Shown one piece after another: positions 29,243-36,895 of a DNA stretch of 64,000 bases. This stretch comes from Burkholderiales bacterium. GTDB taxonomy: Bacteria; Pseudomonadota; Gammaproteobacteria; Burkholderiales; Burkholderiaceae_C. The notes below the pieces were generated by a model, which saw only the letters and a program-made list of their open reading frames with translations, had not been told where the DNA came from and did no database searches. The translations under genes and the position numbers were made by a program. Location: assembly GCA_947448955.1 (NCBI GenBank), contig CANFPU010000005.1, positions 5,224 to 69,223 on the forward strand, in the 5' to 3' direction. The stretch's first letter is position 1, and each line of letters opens with the position of its first letter.

Positions 29243-29302
29243 ATCGCCCGATGCGATCTTCGATCCAGCATTCCAAAACCGACCCCCTGAAGGAGAACCA
29301 TC

Positions 29303-30295
29303 TTGCGCGCCATCTACCTTGAACAAAATCCCGACAAGAGCACCGCTGCGTCCTTGAAAGACCTGGACGACAGTGCGCTGCCGACTTTCGACGCCAAGGG
29401 CGTGACGGTCGACGTTGAGTTCTCGACGATCAACTACAAGGACGGATTGGCGATCAGCGGCAAGTCACCCGTGGTGCGCAAATGGCCGATGGTGCCGGGC
29501 ATCGATTTCGTCGGCACCGTCCAGGCCAGCGACGACGCGAATTGGCGAGCCGGCGACCAAGTCATCCTCAACGGCTGGGGCGTGGGTGAATCGCACTGGG
29601 GTGGGTTGGCGCAGAAGGCCAGGGTCAACGGCGACTGGCTGGTGCGCTTGCCGGAAACGCTGACCGCGTTTGACGCGATGGCGATCGGCACTGCGGGCTA
29701 CACCGCCATGCTGTGCGTGCTGGCGCTCGAGCAGCGTGGCGTGCAACCCGGCGACGGCGAAGTTCTCGTGACCGGCGCCAGCGGCGGCGTGGGGTCGTTT
29801 GCCGTCTCGCTGCTGTCAAGCCTCGGCTACCGCGTCGTCGCATCGACCGGCAAGGCCGGCGAGTCGGCCTACCTCCAATCGCTGGGCGCCGCCGAGGTCA
29901 TCGACCGCAACACCTTGTCTGCCGCGGGCAAGCCGCTGCAGAAAGAACGCTGGGCCGGCGTGGTCGACTCCGTGGGCTCGCACACCTTGGCCAATGCCTG
30001 TGCCGCGACACGCTACGGCGGCACGGTGGCGGCCTGCGGGCTGGCCCAGGGCATGGACTTGCCGCTCACGGTCGCGCCGTTCATCTTGCGCGGTGTCGCA
30101 CTGATCGGCGTCGACAGCGTGATGGCGCCGGCCGCCTCGCGGGTCCAGGCCTGGGCGCGGCTGGCCAAAAACCTCGATCGGGGGTCGATTGCCAACATCG
30201 CCACGCGCATCGGTCTGGCCGAAGCGATCGAGGCGGCGCCAAAGATTCTGTCGGGGTCGGTCCGGGGCCGGCTGGTGGTCGACGTCAACGCCTGA
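29303..30295 (+). CDS. acuI: Acrylyl-CoA reductase AcuI/YhdH-type MDR oxidoreductase
   Basis: STINYKDGLA, PGIDFVG, GWGVGESHWGG, IGTAGYTAML, PFILRGV, GVDSV; AAGGAG RBS. Confidence 0.85.
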   Translation: MRAIYLEQNPDKSTAASLKDLDDSALPTFDAKGVTVDVEFSTINYKDGLAISGKSPVVRKWPMVPGIDFVGTVQASDDANWRAGDQVILNGWGVGESHWGGLAQKARVNGDWLVRLPETLTAFDAMAIGTAGYTAMLCVLALEQRGVQPGDGEVLVTGASGGVGSFAVSLLSSLGYRVVASTGKAGESAYLQSLGAAEVIDRNTLSAAGKPLQKERWAGVVDSVGSHTLANACAATRYGGTVAACGLAQGMDLPLTVAPFILRGVALIGVDSVMAPAASRVQAWARLAKNLDRGSIANIATRIGLAEAIEAAPKILSGSVRGRLVVDVNA

Positions 30296-30473
30296 GCGCT
30301 GGTCTCCATGCGGCCTGACCCGCGAACTGCACCTCCCCGCCGCCCCTGCGCGCCGCAGGGCAGGCTGCACCTACGGGCAGCCCCGGATACCGCGGGCGGC
30401 GCAGAACCTGTACTGTCAGCGATGGTCGGCGGAGCCTCCGCCACCTTCACCCACACCATGCAGGAGAAGCGAC

Positions 30474-31088
30474 ATGCTGTTCTATGACTCCGTCGGGCCC
30501 AACCCGCGCTTCGTGCGCATCTTTGCAGCCGAGCGCGGCGTCGAGCTGCACAGCACCAAGATAGACCTGCGCGGCGGCGAGAACCGCCAAGCCGCGTACA
30601 TGACCAAGAATCCGATGGGACAGACGCCGGCGCTAGAACTCGCCGACGGTTCCGTGATCACCGAGATCACCGCGATCTGCGAATACCTCGATGAGATCGC
30701 ACCGAGTGGTCGCTCGCTGATCGGCGCCAACGCGCAGGAGCGCGCCGAGACCCGGATGTGGACGCGGCGCATCGACCTCAACCTCATCGAGCCCATGCTG
30801 TCCGGCTTTCGATACGCCGAAGGCCTGAAGATGTTCTCGTCGCGGATTCACTGCATCCCGCAAGCGGCGGACGACTTCAAAGCCATCGCCCAGGAAAGGC
30901 TGGTGTGGCTTGACGGCCAGATCGCCGGCCGCGAGTTCATCTGCGGCGACCGCCTGACCATGGCTGACATCCTGTTCTATGTGATGGTCGAGTTCGGCAC
31001 CACGGTCGGCCAACCACTGAACCCTGCGCTGACCCACGTCGCGGCGCTGCTCGCAAAGATGAAGGCCAGACCCAGCTCGCAGGCCTGA
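30474..31088 (+). CDS. Glutathione S-transferase family protein
   Basis: GPNPRFVRIF, NPMGQTPAL, EITAICEYLD, GDRLTMADI; AGGAG RBS. Confidence 0.9.
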   Translation: MLFYDSVGPNPRFVRIFAAERGVELHSTKIDLRGGENRQAAYMTKNPMGQTPALELADGSVITEITAICEYLDEIAPSGRSLIGANAQERAETRMWTRRIDLNLIEPMLSGFRYAEGLKMFSSRIHCIPQAADDFKAIAQERLVWLDGQIAGREFICGDRLTMADILFYVMVEFGTTVGQPLNPALTHVAALLAKMKARPSSQA

Positions 31089-31264
31089 GCTGACGGCGCG
31101 GCTGCGGTCCTGGCAAGCGTCAATGCCACACGAGACGGCTTGTCCACTTCGTTACAGTGAGCCACTGAGCGCCCCGACACCGGCCGAAGCCCGCCACCCT
31201 GCAGGGTGGGTCAAGCCAAGTGGCAACGCTACAGGGCTTGAGAGCACCGTCAACCGAGAATCCG

Positions 31265-32296
31265 ATGACCTTACAACGCCGCACCTTCATCACCGCCGCC
31301 TCGCTGCTGGCCAGCGCGGCACAGGCCCAGACGCCGGACAAACTGGAAAAACCCCAGCTCACCCTGGCGGTGGGCGGCAAGAACTTGTTGTACTACCTGC
31401 CGGTGACGATCGCCGAGCAACTGGGCTATTTCAAGGCCGAGGGGCTGGATCTGAAGATCGTCGACTTCGCCGGCGGCAGCCAGGCGCTGCGCGCACTCGT
31501 GGGGGGCAGCGCCGAGGTGGTCAGCGGTGCTTTTGAACATACGATCAACATGCAGGTCAAAGGTCAGCGGCTGCGCGCGATCGTGCTGATGGGGCGAGCG
31601 CCGCAAATTGTGCTGGGCATCAACCCCCGAACCCTGGCCAACTTCAAGACCGTGGCCGACCTGAAGGGCAAGAAGATCGGCGTCACTGCGCCGGGCAGCA
31701 GCACCCATGTGATGGCCAACTTCGCGCTGGCCAAGGTCGGTTTGAAGCCCAGCGACGTCAGCATCATCGGCGTGGGCACCGGCAACGGCGCGGTGGCGGC
31801 GATGCGGTCGGGCCAAATCGACGCGCTGTCCAACCTCGACCCGGTGATCTCGCTGCTCACGCGCAGCAACGACCTGAAGATCGTCAGTGACACCCGCATC
31901 GTCGCGGAAGCCGACAAGGTCTTCAGCGGTCCGATGCCGGCGGCCTGCCTGTACCTGGCGCAATCCTTCATCGACAAGCATCCCAACACCGTGCAGGCCC
32001 TGGCCACCGCGATCGTCCGCGCCAACCAGTGGATCCAGAAAGCCGGCCCCGGCGACATCATCAAGACCGTCCCCGAGACTTATCTGCTGGGTGATCGTGC
32101 GGTCTACATCGACGCTTTCCTGGCCGCCAAAGGCGCGCTGTCGCCCGACGGCCTGTTCCCAGCAGCAGGTGCCGAAACCGCACGCCGCGCGCTGGCCAGC
32201 ATTGACCCCGAGATCGGCAAAGCGACGATAGACCTGAAAGCCGTCCACACCGACGACTTCGTCCGGGCCGCGCTGCTGAAGTACCCGATCAAGTGA
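31265..32296 (+). CDS. NitT/TauT-family ABC transporter substrate-binding protein
   Basis: Tat-like RRTF signal, YYLPVTIA, GYFKAEGL, GKKIGVTAPGSST. Confidence 0.88.
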   Translation: MTLQRRTFITAASLLASAAQAQTPDKLEKPQLTLAVGGKNLLYYLPVTIAEQLGYFKAEGLDLKIVDFAGGSQALRALVGGSAEVVSGAFEHTINMQVKGQRLRAIVLMGRAPQIVLGINPRTLANFKTVADLKGKKIGVTAPGSSTHVMANFALAKVGLKPSDVSIIGVGTGNGAVAAMRSGQIDALSNLDPVISLLTRSNDLKIVSDTRIVAEADKVFSGPMPAACLYLAQSFIDKHPNTVQALATAIVRANQWIQKAGPGDIIKTVPETYLLGDRAVYIDAFLAAKGALSPDGLFPAAGAETARRALASIDPEIGKATIDLKAVHTDDFVRAALLKYPIK

Positions 32297-33105
32297 TCGC
32301 GTTGTCGCTGCAGGATGTCTCCTGCACCTTTGTTTCGCGCGACAAGCCAGACCAGCGCTACACCGCGGTGGCGGAGGTTACGTTGGCAGTCGGTGCGGGC
32401 GAATTCGTCTCGGTGGTCGGCCCGACCGGCTGCGGCAAGAGCACCTTGCTCAACCTGGCAGCAGGACTGGTGGCGCCGAGCACGGGGACTGTTGGCGTTT
32501 TCGGCCAAGCGCTGCAAGGCCTGAACCTACGCGCAGGCTATATGTTCCAGACCGAGAGCCTGATGCCCTGGCGCACTGCGCTGGGCAATGTGATGGCGGG
32601 GCTGGAATTCCGGGGCACGCCGCCAGACCAAGCCCGCGGTCAGGCCGAAGACTGGTTGCGTCGGGTCGGCCTGGGGGCTTTCGGCGACCGCTACCCGCAC
32701 CAGATGAGCGGCGGCATGCGCAAGCGCGCCAGCATGGCCCAGACCTTGGTGCTGGACCCCGACATCCTGCTGATGGACGAGCCGTTTTCAGCGCTGGACA
32801 TCCAGACTCGACAGCTGATGGAAAACGAGTTGCTCGCGCTGTGGCAAGCCAAGCGCAAAGCGGTGCTGTTCATCACCCATGACCTGGACGAGGCCATCGC
32901 GCTGAGCGACCGCGTCGTGGTGATGAGCGCCGGTCCTGCGTCGCATCCAATCGGAGAATTCAAAGTCGATCTGGAACGGCCGCGCGATGTGGCTGAAGTG
33001 CGGACAACACCGCGCTTCATCGAACTGCACCGGGCGATCTGGGCCGTGCTGCGCGACGAAGTGCTCAAGGGCTACCAGCAGCAACTCCACGCCAAGGCGG
33101 CCTGA
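32293..33105 (+). CDS. NitT/TauT ABC transporter ATPase
   Basis: GPTGCGKST, MSGGMRKR, LLMDEPFSALD, ITHD. Confidence 0.92.
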   Translation: MIALSLQDVSCTFVSRDKPDQRYTAVAEVTLAVGAGEFVSVVGPTGCGKSTLLNLAAGLVAPSTGTVGVFGQALQGLNLRAGYMFQTESLMPWRTALGNVMAGLEFRGTPPDQARGQAEDWLRRVGLGAFGDRYPHQMSGGMRKRASMAQTLVLDPDILLMDEPFSALDIQTRQLMENELLALWQAKRKAVLFITHDLDEAIALSDRVVVMSAGPASHPIGEFKVDLERPRDVAEVRTTPRFIELHRAIWAVLRDEVLKGYQQQLHAKAA

Positions 33106-33108
33106 ACC

Positions 33109-33936
33109 ATGTGGAAGGCCTTGCAACCCAAACCGAGCAACCTGCGCATCTGGCAGTTCGTGCTGCTATTGGCGATCTTTGCGGTCTGGCACCTGCTCAC
33201 CACACCCGGCCTGCTGCCGCCGATGGTGTTCGAAAACGACCAGCAGGCGGCATTCTTCTTCGGTGAACCGCGCAAAGTGATGGGTCGGATTTGGCACTGG
33301 TTTGTCGCCGACGCCGACATCTACGGCCATCTCGGCGTCACGCTGGTCGAGACCTTGCTGGCCTTTGGCATCGGTGCGCTCAGCGGTCTGGCCGGCGGGC
33401 TGTGGCTGGCGCTGCAACCGATGGCCAGCGCGCTGCTCGAACCTTACATCAAGGCGATGAACGCGATGCCGCGCATCATCCTGGCGCCGATCTTTGCGGT
33501 CTGGTTTGGTCTGGGTATCGCCAGCAAGGTGGCGCTGGGCGTCACCTTGGTGTTCTTCATCGTCTTCTTCAACGTCTACCAAGGCGTCAAGGAGGTCAGC
33601 CCGGTAATCCTGGCCAACGCCAGGATGCTCGGGGCATCTCCGCGCCAGCTGCTGCGCCATGTCTACCTGCCGAGCGCGACGAGCTGGGTCTTCTCTAGCC
33701 TGCACACCAGCGTCGGCCTGGCTTTCGTCGGCGCAGTGGTCGGCGAATACCTGGGATCAGCCAGTGGTGTGGGCTACCTGATCCACCAGGCCGAGGGCGT
33801 TTTCGACATCAACACCGTGATGGCAGGCATTCTGGTGTTGACTGGTTTCGCGCTCGGGCTCGACGGCGCGGTGGGCTGGATAGAGACCAGACTGATGGTC
33901 TGGCGACCCACGGGCGGTGAAACTGAAAAGCTCTGA
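33109..33936 (+). CDS. NitT/TauT ABC transporter permease
   Basis: Hydrophobic; EAA-loop equivalent NARMLGAS; AVVGEYLG. Confidence 0.9.
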   Translation: MWKALQPKPSNLRIWQFVLLLAIFAVWHLLTTPGLLPPMVFENDQQAAFFFGEPRKVMGRIWHWFVADADIYGHLGVTLVETLLAFGIGALSGLAGGLWLALQPMASALLEPYIKAMNAMPRIILAPIFAVWFGLGIASKVALGVTLVFFIVFFNVYQGVKEVSPVILANARMLGASPRQLLRHVYLPSATSWVFSSLHTSVGLAFVGAVVGEYLGSASGVGYLIHQAEGVFDINTVMAGILVLTGFALGLDGAVGWIETRLMVWRPTGGETEKL

Positions 33937-33967
33937 GAGTGGCACGTCCGGTCGATACCATGCAGCC

Positions 33968-34687
33968 ATGTCAATTGAACCTCTCGCATGGCAGTCACCA
34001 CCATCCGTTGAGCTGGCGCCAGCCGATGTACAACAAAGTCCCAGCCTCTTGCAACGGCGATCGCTGCCCGGGTCGATCACGCCCGGCCGTCCGGAGCATG
34101 CACAGGCTGCGGCACAACTGATTGTCAGCACCGACGAACACCTCTTCAAGTTCTGCGGTGGCGGCACGCTGGACCCTTGGCTCGAATTGGCGCAAGCCGA
34201 ATGGCGCGCCATCGATGGCATCTACTCCCATCGGTTCGCCAAGGTCTTGGAGATTGCCGGAACGGTCAAGGCGCTGGTCTTGGCCTTTTCCTCACAAGCC
34301 GGCGCTGCGGCGCTGGATTGGCGAATGGCGAATTCTCGGCGGGCGATGGCGGCTCAAGAGTGGCAGGCGGTGTTCGACCGGTTCAGCCAGATCGGACATC
34401 TCCTGTTTGCGCCGGCTCCGGAACACAGCTACCACCTTCAAAACATCGCCGTCGCACCGGGCCTAAAGGGGCAGGGCATCGGGCGGGCGCTGCTGGATCT
34501 GGTCGTTGAGGACGCTCGATCAGAAGGGTGCATCAGCCTCACACTGGACGTCGATGCGACGACGCCCGCTGTGAATTTTTATCAAAAGCTTGGCTTCATC
34601 ACGACCCAGACTGTCGAACTGCCACCGCTGGGCATGAACCCACATCTGCGTATGGCCCTGCCCCTTCAGCCCTCTGCCACGCGCTAA
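33968..34687 (+). CDS. GNAT family N-acetyltransferase
   Basis: IAVAPGLKGQGIGRALL acetyl-CoA motif, AVNFYQKLGF. Confidence 0.8.
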   Translation: MSIEPLAWQSPPSVELAPADVQQSPSLLQRRSLPGSITPGRPEHAQAAAQLIVSTDEHLFKFCGGGTLDPWLELAQAEWRAIDGIYSHRFAKVLEIAGTVKALVLAFSSQAGAAALDWRMANSRRAMAAQEWQAVFDRFSQIGHLLFAPAPEHSYHLQNIAVAPGLKGQGIGRALLDLVVEDARSEGCISLTLDVDATTPAVNFYQKLGFITTQTVELPPLGMNPHLRMALPLQPSATR

Positions 34688-34700
34688 CACGCCGACCCGA

Positions 34701-35951
34701 TCAGTCGCCGAGTGTCTCCGCCCAGGACAGCGCTTGCAAATGGGCTTTGTTGACCTCGTTGACATCCAGAGACATCGTCGATGCCAAGTGCGCAAGTTCG
34801 GTGCAGTCGCCACTCTCGCAGGCCAGCGTCAGTTCCAAAAACGGCGCGAGCGGCCCGCCACGGTGCAACAAAGCGTCATTGATATTGGCGGGGAGCGACA
34901 GATTCACCAACGCGGATTCCATCGACATGCTCAGCATGGTGTCGAGCAGCGAAAACACGCCGACAACAAAGGCGCTTTCGGACTCTTCGCGCGAAAGCAG
35001 CGGCGCCGTCAACAGTTCCATCAACCGCCCGCGGACCACGGCTGTGGCCCCTACAGCCTGCAGCGCACCGCCAAGGCTGGCGTTGGTCATCAGCAAAGCG
35101 GCCCATTTGAACAGTCGCTTGTGGCCCAGCAGCATCACGGCGTGGCGGAACGACGTCACCTCTGTGCGCATGCCGAAGCCAGCCGAATTGATGAAGCGTA
35201 GCAAGATGAAGGACAAGGTGGGTTCGCGCTTGAAGAGTTCTTCAATCTCTTCGTCACTGGCCTGCTGCCGCACCAAGTTGATCAGTTGCAGAATCGAGGC
35301 CTGCGCCGGTCGCACCTCTTGAGCCGGCGCCAATACCAGCGCCGTAAACCACTGGCCTCGAAACAACCTAAACCCTGCGGCGATTGCGTTCGCATGCTGC
35401 GCAGCAGTTTCCACACTTTCAGCAATCAAGATCGCAGTGGTCTTGTCTTTCGCCAACTTCACCCACGCACGCAAAGCCTTGGTGTCTAACGCGGCGATGT
35501 CGAACTTGACGAAGGACGCCAGCGGCAACCAAGACGCGTAAGCCGGTGTCAAGACCGATTCGTCGAAGGCAAATCGAAAACCACAGCGCTTGATGGCTTG
35601 CAAGCTCGTCAATCGCCGCTGGATCAACTGGTCGTTTGCCTCCGGCAACGCAGAAATCTCAAGCACGACCTGGCACTTGGTGGCAAGTTCAAGATCGCCC
35701 GAGTCCAGGCTTTCGTGACGGCAAGTGATGAATATGGTCTTCTGCCCAGCCACCGATTTGTTGTTACTCAACGTCAGGACATTGAGAAGCAGTTGCGAAT
35801 CGGACGCTGCTGTCGACTGGCCTGCGTGGCCCAGGCTGTCAGAAAGCGTGTAGCCATAGACCTCGTGCTTTTCATTCAGTAGGGCACGACGCGCAAAGAC
35901 AGACGCTTTGGCTGCGCTTGTCTGCAATGGGGAAGTGGGTGATGGGGGCAC
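34701..35951 (-). CDS. EAL + HDOD domain protein (degenerate EAL)
   Basis: VVLEI, FAFDE, VKFD, AESVET in the EAL-like part; EPTLSFILLRFINSA...FRHAVMLLG and AFVVGVFSLLD in the HDOD part. Confidence 0.85.
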   Translation of the reverse strand: MPPSPTSPLQTSAAKASVFARRALLNEKHEVYGYTLSDSLGHAGQSTAASDSQLLLNVLTLSNNKSVAGQKTIFITCRHESLDSGDLELATKCQVVLEISALPEANDQLIQRRLTSLQAIKRCGFRFAFDESVLTPAYASWLPLASFVKFDIAALDTKALRAWVKLAKDKTTAILIAESVETAAQHANAIAAGFRLFRGQWFTALVLAPAQEVRPAQASILQLINLVRQQASDEEIEELFKREPTLSFILLRFINSAGFGMRTEVTSFRHAVMLLGHKRLFKWAALLMTNASLGGALQAVGATAVVRGRLMELLTAPLLSREESESAFVVGVFSLLDTMLSMSMESALVNLSLPANINDALLHRGGPLAPFLELTLACESGDCTELAHLASTMSLDVNEVNKAHLQALSWAETLGD

Positions 35952-35996
35952 GGGACGAGTCGCCAGATAAATTTCAATGAAACGCAGGACATCCGC

Positions 35997-36101
35997 TCAC
36001 AAGGACCCCATCGCCGAACAATCTGCGTCAGGTGTCTCGCGCAAACACACTCCACACGCAAATGCAAGAACCAAGCCAAGCGCCAGCAAGAAGAGAGCCA
36101 T
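35997..36101 (-). CDS. Possible 34-aa small protein (speculative)
   Basis: GAGGG 8 nt upstream of ATG; MALFLLALGLVLAFACGVCLRETPDADCSAMGSL*; same strand as the upstream operon. Confidence 0.25.
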   Translation of the reverse strand: MALFLLALGLVLAFACGVCLRETPDADCSAMGSL

Positions 36102-36217
36102 ACGCGCGGCCCTCAAACCGAGGAGACTACAAACAATGCCCGAGATCAGCCAAACGTTTCAGACGGGGATAAAGCACTGAAATTCAAAGCTTCACACTCA
36201 GTCTAGCAGAGGACCCA

Positions 36218-36895
36218 TCAAGGCTCTTGGCCGACGATGCTCCACTCGTTCAGCGTCAATCGAAAGCCTCTCCAGTTCAACTGCGGCGCACAGGTCACTG
36301 GATCGGTGTCATATCGAATGACCCTGATCGCCACGATCGAGTCGTGCCCGAACAACGGCGCACCATCAGAAAATGTTTCCACCGTGGGATCCCAGACGCG
36401 AATACCAGAGCCCTGGGGGTCCAGCACCGCGACGCACTCGTGGTAGACCAGCGTGCCACTGGTCCAATAGTCACCGCCCAGGTAGCGCCAGAGATACTCA
36501 AAATCACGAACCATGTTGATGTCGTAATTCTGGACCAACTGCACACTCAAGGCCGGCTTGCCAACCGCCTTCAGGCTTTCCAGCGTCAAGGCGGCCAAGG
36601 TGCCGCAATCGACCGTATGACGCTCCATGATTTGGCACCAGTGAATCGGTCGCTCCAGCGGACCCCAATGCCAACGTGCTCTGAGCCATGGGGCAGGCAA
36701 TCCAGCAATAGCATGGTTCACTCGTGCCTGACCGTTGAACCAGCCACGGGCAATGCGGCAACAGGCATCGGGATGGGACTGGATGACGGTCGGGCTGAGC
36801 GGCTTGAATTTCGTCAATGCAGCCTGAATGGCCGTATGGCCAGGCGCCGCATCAGATACTCTCGCCAAATTCAGTGTATTAAGCCTGTCGTTCAT
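36218..36895 (-). CDS. Transglutaminase-like / papain-fold Cys-His-Asp protein
   Basis: VDCGTLAAL ... YHECVAV ... VWDPT follows the order of the transglutaminase-core triad; GGGAG RBS; overlaps the upstream gene by 17 nt. Confidence 0.65.
   Translation of the reverse strand: MNDRLNTLNLARVSDAAPGHTAIQAALTKFKPLSPTVIQSHPDACCRIARGWFNGQARVNHAIAGLPAPWLRARWHWGPLERPIHWCQIMERHTVDCGTLAALTLESLKAVGKPALSVQLVQNYDINMVRDFEYLWRYLGGDYWTSGTLVYHECVAVLDPQGSGIRVWDPTVETFSDGAPLFGHDSIVAIRVIRYDTDPVTCAPQLNWRGFRLTLNEWSIVGQEP

Noticed and set aside
36136-36180. 14-aa plus-strand ORF MPEISQTFQTGIKH after AGGAG, as a precursor peptide
   Set aside because: Opposite strand to the operon, very short and without a leader or repeat-core pattern; likely chance.
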